From positions 3,930 to 67,929 of IMG/VR virus record IMGVR_UViG_3300008516_000951: DNA of 64,000 bases. The stretch is one strand, 5' to 3'. The notes beneath the pieces are model-generated. The model saw only the letters and a program-made list of their open reading frames with translations. It searched no databases and was not told the DNA's origin. The DNA is from a virus. Below, piece by piece: positions 35,664 through 46,760 of this stretch. Position numbers and translations under genes: made by a program. The stretch's first letter is position 1. The number at the start of each line of letters is the position of its first letter.

Positions 35664-37052
35664 TTATGGAGCTTTGAACATTTTATCAACCGTATAATGT
35701 GTATGCCAATCGAGTACAATAACTTCGCCAGCAATCTCGTTGGCAGTAGCAGCTATTCTTATCAATCTGCTGCCCAATAATTCGTGCATTTTTATTTCGT
35801 TCCCCGCTCCATCAATATTATAATCAATAGTAAACTCTATTTCATACTCATCATACTGGGCAGCACGTCCGGCAAGAACAGTTGTTTCTACATCCACGTC
35901 ATTAGAAGTAACAGGGACTACTTCTTCTTCAACGGCGTGTTCCCAGGACAATCTCAATTGAAATTTATCACCCACATCCTCAGCACCGCTCAAAGCCACT
36001 TTTACGTGAAACACGATGTCTGAAGCCTCATCCCATCGACCGGGCACATTTTCCCGAAAAAATAATTCTTCATCCGCCCCGTGAATGGGTAAACTAAATC
36101 CTTGGAATATACCGATGCTTACCTGAGTAGGTTTGCCGGTCCCTGCTGTCTTGGCCTGGTCTAATTCTGCTCTCAAAGTTAAGATTCGTTTTGCAGAACC
36201 AACCAAGCTCACTACGCCGGTCGCACTGACTTGAAGGTAATTCGTTGTTCCACCGTCACCCAACTGGGTTGTACCGTTGACCTTGACTTTGGCATCTTGA
36301 CTGAGAACAAGTAAATTCGCATTGGCGGCAGTGGAAGACCAGGTTTGAAATACGAGCTTAGCAGGAACGAAATTCGCTCCAGCCGCCCCGACTTGCTTAC
36401 CTTGAATCGAAGCCCCGACTGCAACGGACGAACCGGATGTTATACCTTGAAAGCTGAATTGGCCAAGCACATCGTCTGTAATAGTTTCTACATAAATTCC
36501 AATTGAATTGGTGTGGGATTTCACCAATCCCACAAGCGGAGCAAAGGCAGTTGTTGTCGAAAAACTTCGGCAGTCAAACTCAGCTTGTGGTGAATAATAA
36601 GCTCTCAATATCAAAGCTCGGATGATATTGTCACTTCTAACCTCACCCCCCGTTATGCTCAAACGATTCCCGGCATCATCAAAAGTAAGGTATAATCCAG
36701 CCGCTCCAATAGTTGCTGCATTTGGAACGATGATATTTCCACCAAAAGTAGAAGATGAAGCAGTAATCGAAATCTCCGCCGTCCCACCTATTTCCAACGT
36801 CAGCGTCCCCGCCACCCTGTTGATACTCCCGCAGGTCAATTCGCCTGTGCCTATATCAATAGAAGTTGCAACGATAGTGCTTACGGTGAGAGTGTCTGCC
36901 GTTATATCGCTACTGACTACGAGGTCTCCACTGATAGTAACAACACCGTCCGTCAACGTCACTAAGTCGGAGTCGTCAACCGTCCCAAAGGTATAGCCTG
37001 ACACCGTGGTCCAGTTGGGCAGTTGTATTGTACCGGTCGGTTGAATTATCAT
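35664..37052 (-). CDS. Tail fibre / receptor-binding protein
   Basis: G/T/S-rich beta shaft with a globular C-terminal domain, directly after the tail tip gene. Confidence 0.7.
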   Translation of the reverse strand: MIIQPTGTIQLPNWTTVSGYTFGTVDDSDLVTLTDGVVTISGDLVVSSDITADTLTVSTIVATSIDIGTGELTCGSINRVAGTLTLEIGGTAEISITASSSTFGGNIIVPNAATIGAAGLYLTFDDAGNRLSITGGEVRSDNIIRALILRAYYSPQAEFDCRSFSTTTAFAPLVGLVKSHTNSIGIYVETITDDVLGQFSFQGITSGSSVAVGASIQGKQVGAAGANFVPAKLVFQTWSSTAANANLLVLSQDAKVKVNGTTQLGDGGTTNYLQVSATGVVSLVGSAKRILTLRAELDQAKTAGTGKPTQVSIGIFQGFSLPIHGADEELFFRENVPGRWDEASDIVFHVKVALSGAEDVGDKFQLRLSWEHAVEEEVVPVTSNDVDVETTVLAGRAAQYDEYEIEFTIDYNIDGAGNEIKMHELLGSRLIRIAATANEIAGEVIVLDWHTHYTVDKMFKAP

Positions 37053-40000
37053 ATACTATCCGCTCTTATCATTCGCGTATCTGAAATAAAATCACCAATA
37101 GCAGAAATCTCTACATCAATAGGGTCTTTACCAGCCCTTTCTGCTGCGGTGATTAACACTTGATATTCTTCGGAATAATATCCGCCCAAGTCCTTAACTT
37201 CTGATAAAATTACAGTCCCATCCGTCTCCAATAATCTTATCAGCACCGAATCGACCGAATCATCTTTATCATAAGCACCCCAGGGCGTTATACCCCAACC
37301 CCCGCGACCATAGCCGGATGTTTTACTGCAAAAATACCAGTCAACAGTTAAGATAGACGTTTTATACGTCTCCAAACCTTCCCATCCATTTATCCTCATC
37401 AATGAAACAGGTAATGGTGTTTTGTACTTGCCCGTCACCGTATGACTAACGGCTGAAACGTCCGCAATCTCCTGTATCTGTGTGGAATAATATGAAAGCA
37501 CTTTGAAATATAATGTTTGGCCGATATCAGTTTCTTCATAAATATAGGAGAAATCAACGTCTAACGTTTCAACAGATTCTCCAGGCACGTGGACAACAGG
37601 TTTAGTATTAAACATCCCCCTTATTAAACCCGTAATTTCCCAAATACCCTCAGTGGCCGTTTCAACACATTCATAATATCCAATTATTTCTTCATCAACT
37701 CTCAAGAATTTTCGACCGTTCAAAAAATCCTCATCGGTAATGTCGGTAGCCAAATCAGTGACAGTCCCTATATCAACGACCATCACATCGCTGCCGCGAT
37801 ATGCCTTGTTCGGATACTCCACAAGATTGTTCACAAGTGTTCCCACAGAGTTGGCATCCCCACCTGTTATGCCGTCAATGGATGCTTGACCTACCAATTC
37901 ATAACTTTCATCATCATAGCTTCGATATACATACCATCCGTTCGTATATTCGTTACCAGGTGTAAGGCTCAGTAAAAGTAATTCGACATTAGGATGTTCC
38001 CGGAAAGCCACATTAGCCGCATCAGCCAGAGTCACATCCGATTCAGGCGTCCAAGAAGATTCCTGGGCAGTTATAGCGGCCAAAGAAGCATACAACTCTG
38101 ACAAATCTTCAATGGCTTCCACCGCAAGCCCTCTGCCGTCTTTATCTTCACTAATGCTAAGAATGCGGACCTTCTCATCCGTTATTAAAAACCCGTCCGA
38201 CAATGTTATCACATCACCCGGTTCCAAAAGCATATTTTTGTAGGTCAATGTGAATTTGTACATTGTATAGCGGTACATCGAATCCAACAACCAGATATAC
38301 CGCAGCTTGTTAGCTAAAGATGCTCGCTTGACACCGGACAGTTGAATCGTTTTTTTGCGAACAGACGAAACACGTTGGTCCACCGCATCCATTGCCGTCG
38401 CAATTGAAGCATCGTAATCCTTACTTCGATTCACCCAGAGTATTTCAATTCGGTTGATTGTTTCATTGTAGAATCGCTTTTGTATTTGTACGGGTGGCTC
38501 CGGATTTTCACCCTCTTCAATAACCAAATCACCACGGCCGATAGCGGCAACACTCGCTTCGGACTTGAAACAATCCAAGCAAATCTTCCCATTGCTCATA
38601 TAGATAAAACCGCGAAAATGACTGAGAATATAATCCAGCCAATCCACTAACGGACGCTGCGAATCAATAACAAGTGAAATCAAAAAGTCATTTTCATAAC
38701 AGTAGTCCCACACGTCGTCGAAAGTGTCTTTATTAACCAAACTCGTATCTATCCCAGCACCGTGTTGTTCGCTAGTTATGAGGTCATAAATAATATCGGC
38801 AGGATTCACATCACCACCGTGTTCTCCGGCCTTATATAAATATAAAGAATCAGGTTCACCATAACACGTCCACATTTCAGATGGAAAGGAGGCGTTGCGA
38901 GGTTCAAATGTATTTTCAAGATTCAAATCAACATCATATACCAAAACTCTCGGAACACTCGTCCCCGTTTCTCCAGTAACATATAGTCTGTTTCCCGGAG
39001 CAATCGCAATATGCCCTGCTGAATCTATCCCAATCATCGTCTTCTTATTTATTAAAGTTAAGGCATAATCAAATTTGTATATTGTTTGTTTACTTAATAC
39101 ATAGATATAATCATTCAATATAACACCAGAAAAAGCACTTATGCCGTCTGTATAAGCAGTAACCACATCTGTCGTGTCATTTAAATCACAAAGTGCTACG
39201 TGAATCTCTGGATGATGTGGATCACCTCCTATGCAAAGCATTTTGCCCTTTTTCAACACCCGAACACCACCTATTGTGGACTTCATATCCTCATCGATAA
39301 ACAAATCATAAGGCGCAACAGCATTACGCCAAGTATCAACAATTGAACCATCATCGGGACTACGTCTTTCTAAATAGTCATCCCAATCAGGGACAAAACT
39401 TGCGCGTATTCGATAAACATAACCTCTTGAATCAGTTTCTAAGGCCCAACTACTTCCACCTATAACAAGTCTCCATATTAGAGTACCATCCGTCGAATCC
39501 CATTTCCATAAAACACTTGAATATACTATTCGCTTTTCTTCTGCATAAATATATTTACCATCTTTAGAAAATCTCGCGGCTAAAATCACATCGTGTGCAG
39601 TCCAATCACTCGAACCCGTACTATCAAAATGTATATTTAAATTATTGTCATCCCTGTCAAAAACAACAATTGGCTCACGTGGGCTAACTACATCAGGATA
39701 ACGACTAATCAAATACCGTCCCGTTGCTCGATGAACATCACAGGCAAAACATACACCACCTGCATCCATCACATTTTCAATTTCATATTCGATAGTCAAT
39801 CTATTTGCAGTATTTGGAGTACAAACCAAAGGCCCCAACGGGTCGCCTGATTGTGAAACTTCAAAAACAAAATTCGGTATCTGTTGGGTACTTCCTAAGT
39901 CCCAATCGGTAAAGAATGCACAACACTCGTGTTTGTAGTCTGAAAAATCCTCTCCAGTCAAGGCCGAGATACCTTGATTGTCAAAGCCGTCAAATCTGGT

Positions 40001-40423
40001 GAAAGATGAAACTACTATCTCCGTTTTTCCCTGCCAGGCCCTTATAATTTTAGCAGTACCGCTACAAAGCGAAATTAAAAAAGACCGTCGATAAGCGGTC
40101 TCTCTCATCGTAGAGCCACCACCACCACCTTTGCCTCCACCGGACTTGTGCTTGATAGTATAAGGTTGGAGAGGTCCCATCCAAATTACATTTCCTGCAA
40201 TCCTCTCCGTACCATATACAATTGCAAGCGGTGTGCCTTTGTTAGTTCGCTGGACGGGATAACCCGCCATTGTAGGCATATCACCCTTTTTAGTCTTGGG
40301 TGGGAATAGCACCGCCCCCAGTATTGAACCAACCATAAATCCAAGCTGCGGCTGGCCTACAAACCCCCCTATAATAGCACCACCTATCGCAAAAGCTAAT
40401 TGTGTACCGCCTTCTTTTGCCAT
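37049..40423 (-). CDS. Tail tip / central fibre protein (GTA-like, Phage-tail_3)
   Basis: IVYGTERIAGNVIW, GGKGGGG, IPNFVFEV, NPADII, LEPGDVI, RGMFNT. Confidence 0.88.
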   Translation of the reverse strand: MAKEGGTQLAFAIGGAIIGGFVGQPQLGFMVGSILGAVLFPPKTKKGDMPTMAGYPVQRTNKGTPLAIVYGTERIAGNVIWMGPLQPYTIKHKSGGGKGGGGGSTMRETAYRRSFLISLCSGTAKIIRAWQGKTEIVVSSFTRFDGFDNQGISALTGEDFSDYKHECCAFFTDWDLGSTQQIPNFVFEVSQSGDPLGPLVCTPNTANRLTIEYEIENVMDAGGVCFACDVHRATGRYLISRYPDVVSPREPIVVFDRDDNNLNIHFDSTGSSDWTAHDVILAARFSKDGKYIYAEEKRIVYSSVLWKWDSTDGTLIWRLVIGGSSWALETDSRGYVYRIRASFVPDWDDYLERRSPDDGSIVDTWRNAVAPYDLFIDEDMKSTIGGVRVLKKGKMLCIGGDPHHPEIHVALCDLNDTTDVVTAYTDGISAFSGVILNDYIYVLSKQTIYKFDYALTLINKKTMIGIDSAGHIAIAPGNRLYVTGETGTSVPRVLVYDVDLNLENTFEPRNASFPSEMWTCYGEPDSLYLYKAGEHGGDVNPADIIYDLITSEQHGAGIDTSLVNKDTFDDVWDYCYENDFLISLVIDSQRPLVDWLDYILSHFRGFIYMSNGKICLDCFKSEASVAAIGRGDLVIEEGENPEPPVQIQKRFYNETINRIEILWVNRSKDYDASIATAMDAVDQRVSSVRKKTIQLSGVKRASLANKLRYIWLLDSMYRYTMYKFTLTYKNMLLEPGDVITLSDGFLITDEKVRILSISEDKDGRGLAVEAIEDLSELYASLAAITAQESSWTPESDVTLADAANVAFREHPNVELLLLSLTPGNEYTNGWYVYRSYDDESYELVGQASIDGITGGDANSVGTLVNNLVEYPNKAYRGSDVMVVDIGTVTDLATDITDEDFLNGRKFLRVDEEIIGYYECVETATEGIWEITGLIRGMFNTKPVVHVPGESVETLDVDFSYIYEETDIGQTLYFKVLSYYSTQIQEIADVSAVSHTVTGKYKTPLPVSLMRINGWEGLETYKTSILTVDWYFCSKTSGYGRGGWGITPWGAYDKDDSVDSVLIRLLETDGTVILSEVKDLGGYYSEEYQVLITAAERAGKDPIDVEISAIGDFISDTRMIRADSI

Positions 40424-40426
40424 AAT

Positions 40427-40882
40427 TCAAGAGGCTTTCAGCAGTCTATCTTTATCAAGCCGATATGAACAAACCCAACGCAAACTCAAAGGCGAATCTT
40501 TTAACAAAGTATAACAACACTTACCCCCATCCTTCCAACAATGGGCCATTATCACATCCTTAATAAAAACGCCCACGTGGGCCTTGCACTTACCAAATCG
40601 AAATAACAGAATATCCCCCGGTTCGATTAAACTGTTGGGGACCCTTTTGGCGAATTTCATCAACTCCTCTTCAATATGATTGTCGGCTTTGCTGTGAAGA
40701 TTCCAATCATACTTATACTTGCGTAATTTGTACTTCTTCAAATATCCCAAGTTCCGCAAGGCCCCAATAATCATCCCCGTACAATCACACCCAAACATTG
40801 ACGTGCCCCGATGCTGATAATGAACCTTTGCATCTACAAATTTAGTGACCTCTTTAACCAGTTGTGCCCCTAACTCACTCAT
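40427..40882 (-). CDS. NlpC/P60 tail-associated peptidase
   Basis: YQHRG...GCDCTG, PGDILLF, HVG, AH. Confidence 0.9.
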   Translation of the reverse strand: MSELGAQLVKEVTKFVDAKVHYQHRGTSMFGCDCTGMIIGALRNLGYLKKYKLRKYKYDWNLHSKADNHIEEELMKFAKRVPNSLIEPGDILLFRFGKCKAHVGVFIKDVIMAHCWKDGGKCCYTLLKDSPLSLRWVCSYRLDKDRLLKAS

Positions 40883-41943
40883 TACATTATTGTCGATTCG
40901 ATTTTTGGAATATACAAATACCCATTGAAATTAGACACGTTATTGAACTTGTTCAAACAACTCTCAGTCGCACGCCCGTCGCATCCGGGATACACATCAT
41001 AAGTATCACCATTCTCTATCTCATTGGGGAAAGCCGTTATCATTGCAACATCACCACCCGATTGACTCAAAATCATTCTTCTAAAACCATCGTTATTACC
41101 GGAAGTCATTTCAACTTCACCCAAGGCATAAAAAGTGACGTCGGCTGCTGCCGTACCGTCGCAGTCCACCGAATCACCACCAACGTTTTGCAATTGTTCA
41201 CCATCAGCAAACGGAAGACCATTCTGTTCAACAAACCACATATAACCGGAATCCGATTCAACATAAGATATCCCCACTACTTTTCCCGTTCCGCCACCCA
41301 CTTGTCCCGTGACAGTATCAGCTATCTCAATTGGATTGTCCTCATCACCCGCATCAAACGCCAACTTATACGTAGTCCCCCTAATAGAATCCGTAAGTGT
41401 AAATTTGTCACCGCCGTCGGCAGTAGCCGAACCCGAATATGCGTAATCCGCTCTTGTTAAAGTGCATAATGTATCAAATAGATTATTATTGCAGCCTTCT
41501 TGATAGATAATCTTCGGGACTTGAATACCCAACCCATCCAAAGCCGAGTGACAGTGTAAAATTAAGTCCCTGCGATTAAATTCAATGTCCGCACGACCTT
41601 GAAAAATAGTCATTTCCATATCGGCGGCATACGTCTCATCCCAAAGCACTCGCTTGATAACTATATTTGCCCCATCCACCGAATTGTTTTGTAGAATACT
41701 ATACAATAAACCAGAAATGTTCCCCAAAGTCACCGTAACATCGTCTGATTCCAAATTCATTTTGTACGAAATTTGAGAACGGGTTACAGGAATAGCCGTA
41801 TATTCATTACTCCAACTTATATCTGCCGAATGGGACGTGTAATAGTAAGTGACTCCATTAGCCAGCGTTATCTCGTATAACTCAGCGACTTTAACCAAAT
41901 CCTCAGCAATGGCCGCAGCAAAATTTGCATTTACACTAATCAA
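40882..41943 (-). CDS. Baseplate hub protein (DUF2163 + BR0599 C-terminus)
   Basis: C..LFD..C and YPGCD...C..KFNN..NFNGY..IP. Confidence 0.88.
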   Translation of the reverse strand: MISVNANFAAAIAEDLVKVAELYEITLANGVTYYYTSHSADISWSNEYTAIPVTRSQISYKMNLESDDVTVTLGNISGLLYSILQNNSVDGANIVIKRVLWDETYAADMEMTIFQGRADIEFNRRDLILHCHSALDGLGIQVPKIIYQEGCNNNLFDTLCTLTRADYAYSGSATADGGDKFTLTDSIRGTTYKLAFDAGDEDNPIEIADTVTGQVGGGTGKVVGISYVESDSGYMWFVEQNGLPFADGEQLQNVGGDSVDCDGTAAADVTFYALGEVEMTSGNNDGFRRMILSQSGGDVAMITAFPNEIENGDTYDVYPGCDGRATESCLNKFNNVSNFNGYLYIPKIESTIM

Positions 41944-42611
41944 GAGGGAATTACCTCAATTAAACTCAAAGCAGGATTGCTCCAAAATTCACGTAGATTT
42001 TGAAAATCACGATAACGGTCACTATCAAATCTCACCCGAAAATAAAATTGATAGTCCACTGTCACCACTTCCCCTGCACCTAAAGCACCTACGGGAGCAG
42101 CCAGCCCAGAGTCAGCCCAATTTATAATTCCGGCACTGTCATCTAAAGTAAAATTCAAATCTTCTGTTTGTACTACACCATCTATTTTTATCACTGGGGC
42201 ATAAGTCGTACTCGGTACAATGTCTTTCTTGTTTTCACTCCAAGTTTCAGTTTCGCCTACATAATAATTCTTGAGAAGCTGGGTTGTCGTCTCTCCACCC
42301 ACCGCCGTAATAGAACATTCAGTTGCCGAACAAGAATAATCGTGCCTATCCGTGTAAAGAAACGTATCGTAACGACCTCTTGCCCGATGAAACATTTCAA
42401 TTACTTTATCACGAGCATCCTCATCCATCACCCCCCAGTTCAAAGCCCAACGCCTTTGAGGTCGTGGATCGATTTGATTACGTTGCTCGATTTTTGTGTC
42501 CATCCGTACTATGTCCGTCTGCCAATCGAAGAACTTAGTAAGGGGAAGTACTTCATCGAAGTTTCCCATCCCGGAAGCATCAAATACAACATCATTTAAT
42601 ACTACATCCAT
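41940..42611 (-). CDS. Distal tail protein (DUF2460-like)
   Basis: EQRN, FHRARGR..FLYTD, FYFRVRFDSD. Confidence 0.85.
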   Translation of the reverse strand: MDVVLNDVVFDASGMGNFDEVLPLTKFFDWQTDIVRMDTKIEQRNQIDPRPQRRWALNWGVMDEDARDKVIEMFHRARGRYDTFLYTDRHDYSCSATECSITAVGGETTTQLLKNYYVGETETWSENKKDIVPSTTYAPVIKIDGVVQTEDLNFTLDDSAGIINWADSGLAAPVGALGAGEVVTVDYQFYFRVRFDSDRYRDFQNLREFWSNPALSLIEVIPS

Positions 42612-42612
42612 T

Positions 42613-45462
42613 TTATTCTCCGCCCCTGGGGCCATATCGCCTCAAAGGATGATTTGTATTCATTGCTTGTTTTGTCACCGATGCAACTACGTCTCGATTC
42701 TCAGCTAACATCTGGCCAACACTTTTAGAGTCCCACGCCTTGACGTTCGTATGGTAATTATTAACTATTGTCGGGGACTCTCCTCTCTCACTATCTTTTT
42801 TCAATTGGGCCACATTACCACGAGACAATACCACCTCTCCAGTTTGAAGGATTCCAGGCCTTTCATCCGCTCCCAACCCATTATGATAACGTTTTGCATT
42901 GGCAAAAGCAGCCCCAGGAACCATACGATTCATTGCAGTCTGGCCAACCACCCCACCTTTATGATAAGCCGATGTCAGCCAAGCAGGGGTTGTTCCACCA
43001 CCTCCACCGGTAGTTGTAGTCGCCCCCGCTCCTGCACTACCCCCTCCACCCATACCACCAGCAAATAATCCACCTATCATCATCCCTACTCCAGCACCAC
43101 CACCAATCCCACCTCCAGATACTCCTCCAAGCAATCCACCTACAATGTTAGCCATTTGTGCTCGAATAATCATTTGTAATATTTCCCGATGAATTGTTTG
43201 GGCAAGTGATTTGAAATCAGCTTTCCCCGTCATTACTAAATCCGTTATAGATGATGATATTTTATCAAGGGAACTTGCTGCAATCTCACCCAAATTTTGA
43301 AAAACATTAGATGCTTCATTTTCCCATTGTTTCAACTCGACAACAAACGCAGCCGGGCCTCGACGGCCCTTGATTAGCTTGTCTAATCTTTCCTCATATC
43401 TATTTATAGCTTCAATGGATTTCTTAGAACCAATTCCATATTCTTTTTCAGCCAGCTTTCTAAACTTGATTAACTTCTCAGCACGTTCCCTTTCATCATC
43501 TATTAAACCTAATAAACGATACTCCTCATCCAGAGCACCGAGCATATCCCGCATATTTTGTTCACCCTCAGTCAACTCTTTATTCATTTCTTCAAGCACT
43601 GGAGGTATCTGTTTCAGACCCGTTACTAATGGACCTACCAATCGAGGCGACTCATAGAAAAACGAAGTGAAGTCTTGCCTAAAATCATCAAAAATACTAA
43701 TAAAAGGTCCGGCAGCTTTTTTAATGTCTTTCCAAAAATCATTAGCACGTTGTGCATCTCTTTCAGCAAGGTCGGCAAAACGCTTTCTAAATATATCGGC
43801 AAAAGCCCCGGTCCCGGAAGATAATTCTTGTTTTGCATCTTCCATTATTTGACCAAGCCGTTCCGGCAGTCCTTCAAATACATTATCTATATTCTTTCTT
43901 AATTTTTCATTTTGTATTGTTGTTTCAGCAACACCCCACTTAATCGGGTCAACCCACATTTGTTTAATAGCAGGAGTCATTGAAATCAAACCACGCTGTT
44001 CGGGCATAGGAATAGAAATACGTTTACCCGCTGTAAGACCTATTTCACCACCCAACCTTTTATAGGCATCCAATATCTCTTGCTTGCCTGCTTTATCAGG
44101 CATCAAACTCTCTTTCAAAGCAACCCAAATACCCTTACCAACTCTCAAAACCATATCAATAAGCACTTTTGCATAGGCTTTTATAAGAACAATTGACAAA
44201 TTAAAAAACCCCGCCAAGGCAGCAGGTAAATCATCCTTAATTAACAAAACAAAATCTTTGAATACATCCATCACAAATATAACCCTATCCGCTATTTTTT
44301 CAGCCCATTGCGTAACCAACCATTGATTCTCTTCAAACCATTTCGTCATCTTTAGTAATTCAGGGGCCAGTCTCTCTCCTATTGATATGGCCACAACTTT
44401 GATTTGATTCCAACACTTTTTCATTTGAGCACTAAAAGATTTCAAGTTCGCCTCTGCCAACCTTTTGGCGGTTTCACTCATTTTGGCTAATTTTTCCTCA
44501 AATTCCGCCACTGCATCCCCCATTCCTAATAGGGGAAAAATAGCCTGCTGAGAACGGGCTTGAAATCCCAATAAATCCAAAGCCCTCGCTCTCACAGTAA
44601 CACCCATCCCTTCCAATGCCTTAGTTAAGTCTTTCCCTATATCGGAAAAAGCCCTCATATTATCTTCGGCATCTACTATTGAAACCCCAAGTTTTTTCCA
44701 TTCAACCTCATTATCAACAAATGCCTTAACTGTTAATCTCACCATTCGAGAGAAAAATTCACCACCAACCGCTCCCTTTTTAGAACTTTTAGCATACGCC
44801 GCCAACGCAGCAGTACCCCCTTCAATACTTATACCATATTGTTTCATAAGAGGGCCGGAAATTTGAAGAGCTTCGGCAAATTGCTCCGTTGTAGCGTTGG
44901 CCAAAGTATTCGCCCCAACAAGAATATCAGTCACCTTAGTCAGATTTTTCAAATGTATTTCAGTATCCTGGGATTCCAAACCCAAAGCAGCTTGCGCATC
45001 AACAGCCAATGTAGTGGCCTTAGCTAAATCAAAACTCCCAGCAACGGCAAGTGTATTTACAACATCCAAAGCCTTAATAGATTGAGCCGCATTTAATCCC
45101 GCAGAACCTAAGTAAAAATAACCCTTAGCCAAATCAGTGGCTGAAATAACACTTTCTGTTGACATCTGGAGAGCGGTTTTTCTCATCTCCTCTCTCATCT
45201 CATCTGATACATCCGCAAAGATAGCAAGAGATTTAACCATAGCATCGTCAAAAGATGCGAACGCCTTGACTGATGCTGCCGCAATCCCAGCACCGGCAAT
45301 GGCCAATCTCCTTCCATATTTCATTAAGACAGCATTATGCTTACTTATAAGATTTACAGTCCCTTTGAGAGTTCTTGACACTCTGCCCATCGTGGCCTGA
45401 AACTGAGAGGCGTCGGCCCTAAGATGCACCAATAAATTACCAATGTTCATACCAAATGCCAT
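42613..45462 (-). CDS. Tape measure protein (TP901 family)
   Basis: 949 aa helical, FDDAM, GYFYLGSAG, C-terminal YHKGGVVG...ILQTGEVVL. Confidence 0.92.
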   Translation of the reverse strand: MAFGMNIGNLLVHLRADASQFQATMGRVSRTLKGTVNLISKHNAVLMKYGRRLAIAGAGIAAASVKAFASFDDAMVKSLAIFADVSDEMREEMRKTALQMSTESVISATDLAKGYFYLGSAGLNAAQSIKALDVVNTLAVAGSFDLAKATTLAVDAQAALGLESQDTEIHLKNLTKVTDILVGANTLANATTEQFAEALQISGPLMKQYGISIEGGTAALAAYAKSSKKGAVGGEFFSRMVRLTVKAFVDNEVEWKKLGVSIVDAEDNMRAFSDIGKDLTKALEGMGVTVRARALDLLGFQARSQQAIFPLLGMGDAVAEFEEKLAKMSETAKRLAEANLKSFSAQMKKCWNQIKVVAISIGERLAPELLKMTKWFEENQWLVTQWAEKIADRVIFVMDVFKDFVLLIKDDLPAALAGFFNLSIVLIKAYAKVLIDMVLRVGKGIWVALKESLMPDKAGKQEILDAYKRLGGEIGLTAGKRISIPMPEQRGLISMTPAIKQMWVDPIKWGVAETTIQNEKLRKNIDNVFEGLPERLGQIMEDAKQELSSGTGAFADIFRKRFADLAERDAQRANDFWKDIKKAAGPFISIFDDFRQDFTSFFYESPRLVGPLVTGLKQIPPVLEEMNKELTEGEQNMRDMLGALDEEYRLLGLIDDERERAEKLIKFRKLAEKEYGIGSKKSIEAINRYEERLDKLIKGRRGPAAFVVELKQWENEASNVFQNLGEIAASSLDKISSSITDLVMTGKADFKSLAQTIHREILQMIIRAQMANIVGGLLGGVSGGGIGGGAGVGMMIGGLFAGGMGGGGSAGAGATTTTGGGGGTTPAWLTSAYHKGGVVGQTAMNRMVPGAAFANAKRYHNGLGADERPGILQTGEVVLSRGNVAQLKKDSERGESPTIVNNYHTNVKAWDSKSVGQMLAENRDVVASVTKQAMNTNHPLRRYGPRGGE

Positions 45463-45463
45463 A

Positions 45464-45802
45464 TTATTTCTTCCTTTTCAAACCTAAAGCACCAAACCAA
45501 AAACTTTTAGACATTTTAATCCTTCCTTTCTTTTCTTCTTCGGACAAAGGCTTCATTTGATGCTCAGGTTTTGATTTGAATTTCAAAATGAAATCCTTCA
45601 ATTTTACACGCCTTGGATACTTAACATAACTACGCCTAATCTCAGCAGCAATCGAAGCAAGATAGTAATACTCCGTTCGTTCAAAAGTGTTCTCCAATAA
45701 CAAATACTCTTGCCAAGCTACAAATTCAGACGATGTTGTCTTGGCCTTGCATTCCTGCAACGGAAGATGTAGATGAGACGCTAATCTATACCAAGCCAGC
45801 AC
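45464..45802 (-). CDS. Tail assembly chaperone, gpT-like frameshift extension
   Basis: Open in the -1 frame from A_AAA_AAC at the end of the upstream gene. Confidence 0.8.
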   Translation of the reverse strand: MLAWYRLASHLHLPLQECKAKTTSSEFVAWQEYLLLENTFERTEYYYLASIAAEIRRSYVKYPRRVKLKDFILKFKSKPEHQMKPLSEEEKKGRIKMSKSFWFGALGLKRKK

Positions 45803-45810
45803 CTCACCCT

Positions 45811-46170
45811 TTAATCGTTTTTTTCCGTACCAGAACCACCTGTCTCTAAAGAACTCAAAGTCTGGGCCGCTTCAAATAAACCACTCAAAACACTGGATGG
45901 AAAAGTCTGTAACACATCCTTCTTTATTAAAACACTTTGCTCATCGTATAAACAAAGCGATAAAAGCCCAGCTTGAAGCCCTTGGAAATTTTTTATATTT
46001 TGGACTCGACCGCTGGGCCCGAAATTACATCGCTTCGCCATATCTGTAAGGAAAGTGTCACGAGCTTGTCCGGACAACTCCTTCAAAATATATTGCTTTT
46101 TTGCACCGGTAGTATCAACAATCTCCACCGGCATTTCTTTCAACGACAAGTTGAATTCTAACTTATCCAT
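45811..46170 (-). CDS. Tail assembly chaperone, gpG-like
   Basis: Between tail tube and TMP. Ends ...EKND over slippery A_AAA_AAC (45823-45817). Confidence 0.85.
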   Translation of the reverse strand: MDKLEFNLSLKEMPVEIVDTTGAKKQYILKELSGQARDTFLTDMAKRCNFGPSGRVQNIKNFQGLQAGLLSLCLYDEQSVLIKKDVLQTFPSSVLSGLFEAAQTLSSLETGGSGTEKND

Positions 46171-46306
46171 AATTTTGTCCTTTCCAATCTGTTAAATCAC
46201 CATCATACATAGCATTTTTTCACACGAGGTTGCGTTTTAACGCGATTTTACAGCCCTACCCATAGTTTCCACCCTAATTTGGGTTAAAACCGCTTAGAAC
46301 GCATTT

Positions 46307-46741
46307 CTACGCTGCATACACTGGAGCAGTTTCAACCTGAGAACCATTCTGATTAGTTGGGACCATAGCAAGGTCCGCCGTAGGCTGCTCACCTTCAACA
46401 ATAGCACCGGGTGTAAACGAATCAATAAATCCCCACCACGTTAAAGTCGAATCATCGGGGAAAGTAATTATAATAGATTGATTCGTTCCCAACATTGCGA
46501 TAATCTCATCATAAACTTCCGGGTTGTAGGCCACAACACACGAACATTCAGTCAGAGTCATTAGATGTTTGGGTGAAATCGTTCTCCAAGCTGTATTCCG
46601 CATTGTGGTGACATCATTACCACCACCCATCGAAGCACCTGGAGGTGTAACCTCTTTTTCCCATAACAACAAAGTCACTCCGCTCGTACCGGCGGAGAAC
46701 GTTATTGTAGTAGAAAAGCCATCGTCTATTCGTTCGGACAT
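46307..46741 (-). CDS. Major tail (tube) protein
   Basis: 144 aa, ITFPD..TLTWWGFI, position before the chaperones. Confidence 0.8.
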   Translation of the reverse strand: MSERIDDGFSTTITFSAGTSGVTLLLWEKEVTPPGASMGGGNDVTTMRNTAWRTISPKHLMTLTECSCVVAYNPEVYDEIIAMLGTNQSIIITFPDDSTLTWWGFIDSFTPGAIVEGEQPTADLAMVPTNQNGSQVETAPVYAA

Positions 46742-46760
46742 CGTAAATCCCTTTCAAAAA

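Noticed and set aside
35664-40423. Diversity-generating retroelement targeting tail genes
   Set aside because: No reverse transcriptase and no TR/VR pair detected by eye.
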